64,000 bases of DNA from positions 3,412,001 through 3,476,000 of the forward strand of contig NW_024704743.1 of the NCBI RefSeq assembly GCF_018977255.1, in the 5' to 3' direction. The translations under genes and the position numbers were made by a program. This document shows, piece by piece, positions 13,310 through 25,529 of this stretch; position 1 is the stretch's first letter; each line of letters starts with the position of its first letter. Source of the stretch: Callorhinchus milii. Its lineage: Eukaryota. The notes under the pieces were generated by a model that did not search any database, was not told the DNA's origin, and saw nothing but the letters and a program-made list of their open reading frames with translations.

Positions 13310-13625
13310 CGCCAGCATGGACACGATGGGGAGAGAGAGAGAGAGTGCAGAGAATGGGGGTTAGAGTAGAGAGCTCCAGTGGGGGAGCGAACACCAGCAC
13401 AGACACGATGGGGAGAGAGAGAGAGAGTGCAGAGAATGGGGGTTAGAGTAGAGAGCTCCAGTGGGGGAGCGAGCACCCGCACAGACACGATGGGGAGAGA
13501 GCAGGGAATGGGGGTTAAAGTAGAGAACTCCAGTGGGGGAGCGAGCACCCGCACAGACACGATGGGGAGAGAGAGAGAGTGCAGAGAATGGGGGTTAGAG
13601 TAGAGAGCTCCAGTGGGGGAGAGAA
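13310..13625 (+). repeat. Dispersed 60-70 bp tandem repeat family
   Basis: Unit gagagagcagggaatggggttagagtagagagctccagtgggggagcgagcaccagcacagacacgatggg. Other arrays at about 38090-38345, 41660-41895, 51940-52015, 52625-52820 (+) and 29525-29615, 42385-42580 (-). Confidence 0.9.
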
Positions 13626-13774
13626 GAGGGTACCACACTCACTAACCTTGTTGCACAGCCTCTGAGCAGCGAGCAGGTTGGGGGAAGAACTGACAAACTC
13701 GAAACTCAGCGTTCTTCACAGCGGCAACTCACGGATCCAGCCATTAACCCCGTCACTCCCACTACCCCAAGCAT

Positions 13775-14240
13775 GTGGAGTCCTGCGGCTCAGTGGTCAG
13801 AGCACTCGCTTTGCAAGCGAGAGACCTGAGTTCAATTCCAGGCAGAGGGCGAAACCTCGGGCAAGTTTCCTTACTCCACACAGAGCCTAATAATAATCCC
13901 TCCAAAAAAAAACACAATAATAAATTGGTCATTTTCAGTCTACGACTGTTTGTGGGACATTGCTGTGCGCAATTGGCTGCCGCGTTCGCCCACAATTATA
14001 CAGTCAATTCACTTTACAGTGTGATCTGTGAAGCGCTTTGGGACGTCCTCCCGACGTGAAAAGCGCTATATCAAATGCAAGGATTATTATTATTATTATT
14101 ATTATTGCTGTGCGCAATCGGCCGCCGCGTTCGCCCACAAATATACAGTCAATTCACTTTACAGTGTGTCCTGTGAAGCGCTTTGGGACGTCGAGAAGAC
14201 GTGAAAAGCGCTATATCAAATGCGAGGATTATTATTATTA
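13775..14240 (+). mobile_element. tRNA-derived SINE, short subfamily, with duplicated 3' half
   Basis: Full copy to about 14105, then a repeat of the 3' 130 nt and tail. Confidence 0.85.
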
Positions 14241-14600
14241 ACCCTGTCTCTCCCGCTAACCCAGCCATTAACCTCTTCTCTCCCACTACCCACTAACCCA
14301 CCCATTAAGTCTGTTACTTCCGCCACCCGCTAACCCAGCCATTCGCGCCTTCATTTCCAGCACCCGTTAACCCGCCATTAACCTTTTCTCTCCTGCTACC
14401 CACTAACCCAGCCATTAACTGTGTCACTCCCAATGCCCGCCAACCCAGTCATTAACTCCTTCACTTCCAACACCTGTTAACCCAGCCATTAACCCCTTCT
14501 CTCTCACGAATCCAGCCATTAACCCTGCCACTGCTGATACCCCAACCGTTAACTCAACCCGATTACACCAGCCACACTGCTCATCCTCACTGTTAACCCC
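14240..14600. repeat. Degenerate tandem repeat containing ctaacccagccattaac
   Basis: Motif recurs about every 35-45 nt. Confidence 0.75.
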
Positions 14601-15711
14601 TTTTTTTCCAACTCGTTCCAAATTATTACCCCCCCCAACACACACACACACATCTCTCTCTCTGCTGCCCCGGTCTCAGTAACAGAATAGTGGATGAGTG
14701 TGCGGTGTGTTAGGGCCGAAACAAAGTCACGCATTTGATAAAAGTCATTATTTAATAAACATCCAGCAAACGTGGCACATGATAGCAATCCTCCTTACCC
14801 GCCTGTGGCGAAAAAAATGGCACAATCTCACCTCACTCTCAGTCAGTGTAGAGACCCTCACTCTTTCACAGTGCTTGACTGGTCATTGTGGTCGAATGTT
14901 TCCGTAGCAAACTGTGTGACAATTCTGCGCAGAGCAGCGTCTCACACACACACACACACACATACAGCGAAGAGGGTTGGATCTGGGGATTCTATCTTCA
15001 AATCCTACTCCTTTTCATCGGGGTCTTAATTGTTACCTCTGCCACTCACCACCCCGTCAAGCTTGGTGTCTGACTCTGTCCCTGTGCAGCCCCCCATACC
15101 CTGTGTGAGGAGTGCCATATAAATGACAGTTGTCGTTGTTGTTGTTGGCCCAGAAGAGAACTCGTTTTCTCGGGCCAAGGGAAGGCTGTCGCTGGGAGAC
15201 CGAAGGCTATGTGTAGCTGATGGAAAGGGTGCAGCTGTATGCCCCCGATTCCCAGGACAGGACCCGGATCAGGATTGTGTCCCTGGGGCCAACTTCCCCC
15301 CCCGTCTTGATGTCAGCATCAAACTGAACGAGAACAATAACATTGTAAACCGGAGACACTCATCAAGAGAGACACAGCCATTAATTCCCTCCAACACACT
15401 TCTCCAGCATCAGCGATTGTGCGGAGTTGGTTTTATACATGTGCGTTCCCCCCCGGATTTGGTTTACAAAATATGGTTTCCCCTTACTGGTGGACACAGT
15501 CACTACACCAACGGCAATCACAGCCCAGCCCAGGATTTGCATCGTTGTCTCCCTCCGTCACCGTGTGACCCACTGAAGGCCTTCACATAAACAGTGGGTG
15601 AAATGTTTGTGTGGGTGGGCTGGTTTGGGTGTGGATAGGTGGTTGAGGGTGAGGGCCAGTTGGATGTGAGTTGGGTCTGAAGTGGATGTGGTAGGTGGGT
15701 TGGGAGGGAGG

Positions 15712-18700
15712 TCATAGGCTGCAGTTGTCCACACAGGGCTCGCTGGCCTGGAATTGTTGGTAGATACTGACCATTGGGAACATGACCAGGGCCCCGAGCA
15801 GGGAGCCGGCCTGGATGGCAACCCCACACCATATCAGCGCCTTGTGGCCTGCCTCGTGCAACAGGCTGCCCAACGTCACCTTCAGGTAGGAGAAGACACC
15901 AGTGAAACTAATCCATCCCAACACCTGGTACAGAGAGAGAGAGAGAGAGATAGAGAGTAGTTTATAGTGGAGTCCTGTAGTGTAGTGTTTAGAGCACTCG
16001 CCTTGCAAGCGAGAGGACCTGGGTTTGATTCCCAGGCGGGGCAAAACCTTAGGCAAGTTTCCTCACTCCACATGCCTCTGGTTACTTAGCAATAAGTAGG
16101 AACCCAGTTGTTAGTCGATTGGCGGATCGCTGTTCCACTGGAAATAATCCCTCTATATAAAAAAAATTGGTCACTCAATCCACAACTGTTTGCGGGACAT
16201 CGTTGGGTGCAATTGGCTGCTGTGTTTCGCCTACAAAATAGTCAATTATAGTATATTCTGTGAAGCGCTTTGAGACGTCCCAGCAATGTGATAAAGCGCA
16301 ATACCAAATGCAACAATTATTATTATTATTGTTATTATTAAGTCTTGGCCTCGTCTGCTGAGCGCAGCTTCACTCCAACAGTAACATCCTGGGATGTGGG
16401 ACAGGGGTTGAACGCCTGTTTCCTGTCAGTGTGATCCTTAGGCCAGTTCATTCCCACAGATAGTTTGCTCAGCAACTCAAGGGCACAGATATCAGGAGAT
16501 TACCAAATAGAGCAAAGGGAGAGATTGGATGTATTTTACACTGTGGTTAGATGTGGAACCCTGGTTCAGACAGAATCCATATTTAGCTAAAAAGAGGGAA
16601 TGAGATAAATATCTGATAAGGAGAAATATAAAAGTGAGGGACGAGGTGGTGTGACATAATAATAACTGTATTTGGTATAACTCCTTATCCCCATTAGAAG
16701 GACATCTCACAGCGCTTGCTTCACAGGATTTAATAATAATAATAATAATAATCCTTGCATTTGATATAGCGCTTTTCACGTCTTCTAGACGTCTCAAAGC
16801 GCTTCAAAGGAGTGACTGTGTACTTTGTAGGCAAATGCGGCAACACAATTCCGCACAGCAATATCCCGCAAACAGCAATGGAGAGAGGTTTCAATTCCAT
16901 TTGGGGGGAATTGTTGGCCAGGATACAGAGAGAGAGAGAAACTACCTTCTCTTTTTGAATAGCCTCGCTATTATTATTTAACTTTGTTTTTAAAAATAAA
17001 TTATTACTCCCGATCTTTAACGTGCACCTGACCAGGCAGACCGGACGGACCTTGGTTTAACGTCTCACCAAAAGGACGCCACCTCCGACAATCAAACAGC
17101 CCCCCAGAGCTGTATTGTAGTGTCAATTTAGGCGATGTAATTCCAAGTCCTGAGGTGGGGCTTGAACCCACAACCTTCTGACTCGGAGGCAAGAGTGCTA
17201 CCGACTGAGCCCGGCTGACACACACACACACACTGAGCCCGGCTGACACACACACACACACTGAGCCCGGCTGACACACACACACACTGAGCCCGGCTGA
17301 CACACACACACACACTGAGCCCGGCTGACACACACACACACTGAGCCCGGCTGACACACACACACACACTGAGCCCGGCTGACACACACACACACACACT
17401 GAGCCCGGCTGACACACACACACACACACTGAGCCCGGCTGACACACACACACACACACTGAGCCCGGCTGACACACACACACACTGAGCCCGGCTGACA
17501 CACACACACACTGAGCCCGGCTGACACACACACACACACACACACTGAGCCCGGCTGACACACACACACACACTGAGCCCGGCTGACACACACAGATGTT
17601 GGGCGAATGGCCTTGTGTAGTGACTGTTTGCGCCGCACTTACCACCAGCGTGTCCCCTGACACCTCTCTCAGCAGCGGGGGACAGGGGCTCAGAGCTGCC
17701 AGAGCCAGGATGTAGGCACCAAAGATGGTCCCGAGCACAGTCAGGATCCCCAGAACCACATCCGACCTGCAACAAACACACCACAGTTACCAACCCACCA
17801 ACAGCCTCCCTCCCACAGCTCTCAGCCACTGAATGCTAGATTGAGCTGTTAAATAATGGTTTAAGGTGATGAAAAAAAAACTTTGAATAATCCTTGCATT
17901 TGATATAGAGCCTTATCACATCTTCGAGACGTCTCAAAGCGCTTCACAGAATAATCTGTAAAGTGTAGTGACTATATTTTCTGGGCAAAACACGGCAGCC
18001 AATTGCGCACAGCAGTGTCCCACAAACAGTCGTGGATTGACTGACCAAGATATTATTTAACTTTTTTTTGAAAAAGGAATTATTACCCCCGGAAACGGTC
18101 CGCCAATCGACTAACAACCGGGTTCCCATTTACTGCCAGGCTAACAGAGATGTGCGGAGTGAGGAAACTTGCCTAACGTTTCGTCCCACCCGGGAATCGA
18201 ACCCGGGTCCTCTTGTTTGCGAGGCGAGCCCTCTAACTAAAACGCCACGGGACTCCATGACAACAGTAATACACAGTCAATTCACTTTACAGTATATTCT
18301 GTGAAGCGCTTTGAGTCGTCGTGGGGATGTGATCCAGCACTGGAACAAATGCAAGGATTATTATATTATTGTTTGATAAAAGTGCCTTTCACGTTGGGAG
18401 GACGTTCTCAAAGGGCTTCACGGGATATACTGTAAAGAGTAGCGGCTGTGTGTATTTGTGGGCAAATGCGGCAGCCAATTTTCACACAGCGACGCCCTAC
18501 AAACAGCCGTCAAGTGAGTGATCAGTTTTTAAATCTGGGGAATTGCCGACCAGGACATCAGCAGAGAAAGAGAGACAGAGAGAGAGAAAGAGAGAGAGAG
18601 AAACTCTTTGCCTCTCTTTCCCAATAGCTGCGGGATCTTTACCAGACGTCTCGAAGTTTCACGTCTCATTCAAAGGATGGCGTCTCCGACTGCGCAGAGC

Positions 18701-21162
18701 GGCCCCAGCACTGAGCCGGGGTGTCAGCCTGGACTGGGCGCCTCTCCACTCTCCCCCTTGTCCATTGCCCTCTCCCCTGCCCCCACCTTCACCCTCACCT
18801 CCCACTCCATTTGACCTCCCTTATGCCCTCTCCCCTTCCTGCTCTCCCTCTCCCCCTTGTACCTTCCCCTGCTCCCCCCTCCCACTCGCCCCTCACTTCC
18901 CTCTTGCCCCTTGCCCCCCTCACTGTGGCTGTCCCTCACCTGCACAGGATGAACATGGCTATGAAGCAGGCGATGGGGTTGGCCAGGTTGCCGAGGACGA
19001 CAGCCAGATGGAAGGTCAGGAAGCCGTAGGGCAGACAGGAGTAGGTCTGGATGGAGGGCAGGACCCCATTGACCAGGGCGTTGGAGAAGCCCATCAGAGC
19101 CAGCAGGTACATGTTTCTGGACGTCCAGAACGTGGGTAGGGGTTGTGGCTGGGGAGCCTGTTTGCTGGCCTCTGAATCATCCTCAGAGAGGGGGTCCGAC
19201 TCCACGATGTCCCCTGCTCCCCCGGGCCCCGAGCCTCCAGGGGCCCGAGGCATGACCACCTGCGTCAGGGTGGTGAAGGCCAGCCAGGACACCAACAGGG
19301 TCGCCAACAGGAACCAGTAGAAGGTGGAGGCCTCGAAGTTCTCCTGTAGGTACTCAGGCCGCAGCTCGGAGGCGTTCCCCAGGGATTGGTTGCGGCACTC
19401 CAGCTTGCCCACGCCTTGTGCCAGGGCAGCCATGCAGGGCACCAGTGCGCTCAGCCCCTGCCCCACAAAGAAGGTGCGGATGTACCTAGGCGGCAAGCGG
19501 TACATGAAGGGCAGGAAGGTGACGTTGGAAGTGCAGCAGGCCAGTGCCAGCACGAAGGCCAGGCTGAGATAGGCCACACTGACCTGCCGCTCGCCAGCAG
19601 ACACCGTCCGATGCCAGAAGCAGGCCAGCAGACCCGAGGCCACCACGCTCAGCCCCTGCACCAAGTGGATCATGTAGCCCTCGTTCAGCAGCCCCGGGGC
19701 CAGGCGATAGGCCAAGGTCACAGCCAGAGGCCCCACGTTAGCCAGTGCGATCAGCACTGTCAGGTACGCTGGCAGGTTCCATCCTGTGGACAGAAGAACA
19801 TAAGAATTTGCTGGGCAAAGTTCATGGCCGTCGCTCAACATGTTGTGTCTCAAACAAACACTGTATCCCCAGATATCATTTCCTAGCAGAACTCTATCTC
19901 ATTTGTTCTTGAAAGAAACAACATTTGCTGCTTCCGCCGTCTGTTTCCTGAAGTTTACGACTCGCTCACTCAGGTAGTGTTTCCGCAGATTTGTTTTGAA
20001 TTTGCCCCCCTTCGATCGCAGGCCGCGTCCTCTGGTTCTATTATTCAGCACAAGATAAAACAGATTATCATGGTCCACATTATCTCCTCCGCCAACTCAT
20101 TCTTACCACAATCTTTGAGTTGTGGAGTTTCTCTGTCCCTGTCTTACCTTCCTAGTGTGTACAGGGCATGCCTGGCCTACACTTCTTGTAGTGTGCCTGT
20201 AAGTATAGTTTATTAGGTACATTATAATAATAATAATAATTATTCTTACATTTGACACAGCACCTTATCACGCGCTTCACAGAATATGCTGAAAAGTGAA
20301 TAGTCTGTACTTGCCTTGGGCGAAACGCGGCAGCCAACTGTGCACATCAGTGTCCCACCTGCTCTAACCACTAAGCTACAGGACTCCATAGTTTACGTAT
20401 AGTTTATTAGGTGCATTAGTTACTAACTCTAACGCAGATTTCCAGTGACGTACTCCATACACCTCTGCCCGGAGTGAACCTGTTTTGTGAAGTGCCTGAG
20501 GTTTACCTGTAGCGTTACCTATAGAGTGGCGGCTGTTATCTGTGACTGCGGCTGTAGTGTCTTTAATCGTGTGCCTGTAGCACACCTGTAGCACAGGAGT
20601 CCTGTAAGCTCAGTGGTTAGAGCACTCGCGTCACAAGCAAGAGGACCTGGCTTCGAATCCCTGGCGGGGCAAAATGTGGGGCACGTCTCCTTACTCCCCA
20701 CATCCCTTTACCCAGCAGTATGTTGGTAGTCGATCGGCGGATCGCTTTTCCGGGGCTACAAATCCCTCCGAAAAACAAAAATGGTAGAAAAACAATAACC
20801 CGGACACTCGATCCGCGACTGTCTGCGGCGACGCTGCTGTGCGCCATTGGCTGCCGCTTTTCTCCCGCAAAACACACAGTCGGTTCACCTCACAGCATAT
20901 TCTGCGGAGCGCTTTGAGACGTCTCGAAGCCGTGATAGGGCGCGGTGTCAAATGCGAGGTTATTTATTTATTATTACAACTGCGGTGTGTCTCGTGTGCG
21001 CCTGCGGCGAGGGCTTGATATGCGCCACTCACCTTCCGGGAGCACTTTTGTCACCACTGGAAGCTCGACCCACAGGGCGTTGACCGAGACCCAGGAGCCC
21101 ATTCCGAAGAGCGCCACCAGGAGATGAGTGAGGAGAGGGTTAGCCAACGTTAGCTCTGCCAT
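15712..21162 (-). CDS. SLC52A2: Riboflavin transporter SLC52A2 (RFVT2/GPR172A), 436 aa, 4 coding exons
   Basis: Exons 21162-21033 (130 nt, G|gtgagt), 19783-18940 (844 nt), 17766-17643 (124 nt), 15924-15712 (213 nt, TGA); 1311 nt in frame. Motifs [58 protein letters not shown]. The intron after coding nt 130 and the head-to-head position with FBXL6 match SLC52A2. Confidence 0.93.
15967..16340 (+). mobile_element. tRNA-derived SINE, long subfamily
   Basis: Same head and tail plus the middle segment ..agtaggaacccagttgttagtcgattggcggatcgc. Other long copies at about 1610-1985(-), 10245-10585(-), 11372-11755(+), 17887-18257(-), 20596-20975(+), 27645-28015(-), 33360-33730(+), 36825-37197(-), 55395-55746(-). 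Confidence 0.85.
17203..17595. repeat. Minisatellite ctgagcccggctga(ca)n, 14 copies
   Basis: Read directly; constant 14-mer with a variable CA tract. Confidence 0.95.
19795..20060 (-). mobile_element. CR1-like LINE 3' end with ttcttatgttctt tail
   Basis: Homologous to + strand copies at about 7600-7927 and 9720-10057 (agtagaaccagaggacac..gcaaattcttatgttctt). Confidence 0.7.
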
Positions 21163-21213
21163 CCTCCTCGCTCAGCTGGAGGGGGTGGTGGGGGTGGTGG
21201 GGAAGGGTGGGGG

Positions 21214-21259
<46 letters not shown>

Positions 21260-22131
21260 TGTCAAGTCTCAGGTACGAGGCTCAGATTTGTTCTGAATTT
21301 ACCCGCCTTCGATCGCGGGCCGTGTCCTCTGGTTCTACTGTTCAGCACAAGATAAAAGGGTTCAAGCCCCCACGTCAGGTCGTGGAATCACATAGTCTAA
21401 GCCGACATTGAGGGTGTGTTGCGTTGTTAAACCGAGCCAGTTCGGGTGGACGTTAAAGATCCCGTGGGGTGTATTCGAAAAGAGGAGGGTAGTTTCTCTG
21501 GCCAACCATCCCTGGCCAATCCCGGGTGTCCTGGCCAACCATCCCCCCAAATAAAATTGGTCACTCACTCTACGGCTGTTTGCGGGACACTGCTGCGCGC
21601 AAACTGGCCGCAGCGTTTCACCCGCAAAGTACGATCACTGCACTTTACAGTAAGTCCTAAGAAGCCCTTTGTGACATCCATATCAAATGCAAGGATGATT
21701 ATATATAAACAAGAACAACAACATTACACTGTATAGCTCCTTTCACCTTGCGTGGACGTTCCCGCATCGAGGGGACAATCAGCGTTTCGGACCCGGGCTG
21801 AGGGTCGGGGTCAGGATCGGGGAGGGTGGAGGCCAGGCGGGGGGGAAGGAGGGCGATCGAAGGCATGGTCGAAGAGGAGGGTCTCGAGACAGGTCTTGGA
21901 GGAGGCAAAGGGAGGGGACTGCAGGACGGAGTACCAGAGGGTGAGGGCAGAGTGCCCGAAGGCCCGTCCACCAGTTGCGGGGCGGGGGGGGGTCAAGGCG
22001 GGGGACGTGAAGCAGGCGGAGCCCACTGAGCGGAGGGAGCGGGCAGATCGACGGGGTGGGGGGGGGGTGGAGGCTTATGAGGCTGTGGAAGTAAGGGGGA
22101 AGGGAGCACTTCCCAACTCCTGGATTAGGAA

Positions 22132-22451
22132 CGTGGAGTCCTGTAGCTCAGTGGTTAGAGCACTCGCTTTGCAAGCGAGAGACCTGAGTTCAATTCCAGG
22201 CAGAGGGCGAAACCTTGGGCAAGTTTCCTTACTCCACACAGAGCCTAATAATAATCCCTCCAAAACCAAAAACAATAATAAATTGGTCATTTTCAATCTA
22301 CGACTGTTTGTGGGACATTGCTGTGCGCAATTGGCTGCCGCGTTCGCCCACAAATATACAGTCAATTCACTTTACAGTGTGTTCTGTGAAGCGCTTTGGG
22401 ACGTCCTCTCCCGACGTGAACAGCGCTATATCAAACGCGAGGATTATTATG

Positions 22452-22485
<34 letters not shown>
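22132..22485 (+). mobile_element. tRNA-derived SINE, short subfamily
   Basis: Near-identical to the 5565 and 13775 copies; long (att)n tail. Confidence 0.85.
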
Positions 22486-22954
22486 TGCCGCTGTAACTGT
22501 TTTGTCACTGTCTTTCCGGGGGCGGAAACGTTGACCGCTTCCTGCCTTCCTGCTCAAGTGGGCACTGCTCTGCGCGTCTTTGTGTCGGGTGCGTTTGCCA
22601 GCGAGCGCCGGTTACACGCGCACACACACGCGCGCACACGCACGCACACACACTCACACGCACAGACACTCGCTCGTCTGCGCACGTCTCAGCTCTGGGC
22701 ACGGCCACACTGTGGAACGCGCAGCGAGCCCCAACCAAACCAAACCGAACCGAACCGAACCAAAGCAAACGTACCTGCTCTCTCCAACCGGTCTGGCGTG
22801 TGCGCAGTGAGACGAGCAGCACTCTGTGACCAGTGGGATCATCAGCAGTCATCAGCCCGGCTTCACACTTCCTCCTGTCCCTACGCGACAGGGGCGCTCG
22901 AATGGAAAGTTGCGACGCGGAGTCCTCGAGGGGGGACTGTGGGCGGAACACACA

Positions 22955-24240
22955 CAGACAGAGCTGGAGCGGGGGCTCTGGGTGTCACACACAGACACAG
23001 ACGCAGACAGACCCGGAGCGGGGGCTCTGGGTGTCACACACAGACACAGACGCAGACAGACCCGGAGCGGGGACTCTGGGTGTCACACACAGACACAGAC
23101 GCAGACAGACCCGGAGCGGGGGCTCTGGGTGTCACACACAGACACAGACGCAGACAGACCCGGAGCGGGGACTCTGGGTGTCACACAGACACAGACACAG
23201 ACAGACCCGGAGCGGGGGCTCTGGGTGTCACACACAGACACAGACGCAGACAGACCCGGAGCAGGGGCTCTGGGTGTCACACACAGACGCAGACGCAGAC
23301 ACAGACAGATCCGGAGCGGGGACTCTGGGTGTCACACACAGACGCAGACAGACCCGGAGCAGGGGCTCTGTGTGTCACACACAGACAGACCCGGAGCGGG
23401 GGCTCTGGGTGTCACACAGACACAGACGCAGACAGACCCGGAGCGGGGGCTCTGTGTGTCACACACAGACAGACCCGGAGCGGGGGCTCTGGGTGTCACA
23501 CAGACACAGACGCAGACAGACCCGGAGCGGGGGCTCTGTGTGTCACACACAGACAGACCCGGAGCGGGGGCTCTGGGTGTCACACAGAGACACAGACGCA
23601 GACACAGACAGACCCGGAGCGGGGGCTCTGGGTGTCACACACAGACGCAGACGCAGACAGACCCGGAGCAGGGGCTCTGGGTGTCACACACAGACAGACA
23701 GACCCGGAGCGGGGGCTCTGGGTGTCACACAGACACAGACACAGACAGACCCGGAGCGGGGGCTCTGTGTGTCACACACAGACACAGACAGACCCGGAGC
23801 GGGGGCTCTGGGTGTCACACAGACGCAGACACAGACAGACCCGGAGCGGGGGCTCTGTGTGTCACACACAGACACAGACAGACCCGGAGCGGGGGCTCTG
23901 TGTGTCACACACAGACACAGACAGACCCGGAGCGGGGGCTCTGTGTGTCACACACAGACACAGACAGACCCGGAGCGGGGGCTCTGGGTGTCACACAGAC
24001 ACAGACACAGACAGACCCGGAGCGGGGGCTCTGTGTGTCACACACAGACACAGACAGACCCGGAGCGGGGGCTCTGTGTGTCACACAGACACAGACAGAC
24101 CCGGAGCGGGGGCTCTGGGTGTCACACAGACACAGACACAGACAGACCCGGAGCGGGGGCTCTGGGTGTCACACAGACACAGACAGACCCGGAGCGGGGG
24201 CTCTGTGTGTCACACACAGACGCAGACGGACCGGGGGCTC
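22955..24240. repeat. Minisatellite cagacccggagcgggggctctg(g/t)gtgtcacac(agac..)n, about 28 copies of 37-55 bp
   Basis: Read directly; explains the 477-582 aa repetitive ORFs. Confidence 0.95.
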
Positions 24241-24844
24241 CGGGATACCCCCCACTTGACGCACCGGTGTCTGCTGTGACCCGGTGAGGCAGTGCAATGA
24301 CCCACCCGCTCGCTGACCGGCCCCGGCGGCCCCCGCGGCCCCGGCCAACCAAGGCCGAGCTGGCAGGGTCCGGCCTCTTAAAGGGACAGGCGTTCCATAG
24401 CCAGCGACAGGGGACCCGGGTTCAGTTCCCGGGGGGACAGACGGGCGGGCGGGCGGCGGGGGGGGGGGGGGGCGCGAAAAAAACCCGGTCCAGTTCCTTT
24501 ACTCCGCTCACGCGCCTCTGTCTACCCCTTTCGAGGCGCCTCGAGGACGTGACGAGGCGCTGCTGTGTCGAACGAGAAGTCCCGGGGATCCGGGAAAGGC
24601 TCATAATAATAATAATATAATAATAATAATAATAATAATAATCCTCGCATTGGCGGTAGCGCTTTGAAATTCAAGACGATGCCCCCCACCAACCCCCCAC
24701 CCCCGAGAAGGTCTCGGACCCGAAACCCTCTCTCTCTCTCTCTCTCGCTCTCCATCGACGCCGCCCGACCCTCCGAGCGGTCGTCCGGGTGAGAAGTCCG
24801 TGCGTGTTTTTAAACCCGAAAGACCGGGGGGGGGGCGCGCGGGG

Positions 24845-25330
24845 TTTGGTGGGGGGGTGTGTGGGGTTGGGGGTGTGGGGGGGTGTGTGTGGGGTTGGGG
24901 GTGTGGGGGGGGTGGTGGGGGGTGTTGGGGGGGGTGTGGGGTTGGGGGTGTGGGGGTTGGTGGGGGTGTGTGGGGTTGGGGTGTGGGGGGGGTGTGGTGG
25001 GGGTGGGGTGTGGGGGGGGGGTGTTGGGGGTTGGGGGTGTGGTGGGGGGGTTGGGGGTGTGGGGGTTGGGGGTGTGGTGGGGGGGTTGGGGGTGTGGGGG
25101 GGGGGTGTGGGGGGGGGGTGTGGGGGTGGTGTGGGGGTGTGGGTGGGGGTTGGGGGTGTGGTGGGGGTGTGGGGGTGTTGGGGGGGTGTGGTGGGGGGGT
25201 GGGGTTGGGGGTGTGGGGGTTGGGGGTGTGGTGGGGGGGGTTGGGGTGTGGTGGGGGGGTGGGGGTTTAGGGTGGGGGGGGGGTTTCCAGTTGACCCCAT
25301 ATTTTTTGGGGGGTGGGGGGGGGGGGTCCA
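24845..25330 (+). repeat. G-tract low-complexity array (GGGGT/GGGGGTGT)
   Basis: About 450 nt almost entirely of G runs separated by T. Confidence 0.9.
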
Positions 25331-25529
25331 GTAATTGGCCACCTGCTGAGCTGCTGACGTCTGCAGCCGGTGTTGATGCAGCTCAGGAGGGGCTGTCAGG
25401 GCTGTGGCTCTGTGTGACGTGGCTTTCATGTGTGAGTGAGTGAGTGAAGTGAAGTGACTGAGGCTCAGACACACACACATCAGTATAATAACCCCCTGGG
25501 GAATTTGTGTCGGCTCAAAGTGGACAGCA

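Noticed and set aside
17004..17640. Cys-rich CVCQPGS repeat ORFs
   Set aside because: Intronic minisatellite; the real exon ends at the donor 17643/17642.
22531..24287. ORFs of 477-582 aa; array superficially like CRISPR
   Set aside because: Stop-free minisatellite open in all three frames; the variable parts are CA/GACA slippage, not unique spacers; eukaryotic intron with no cas genes.
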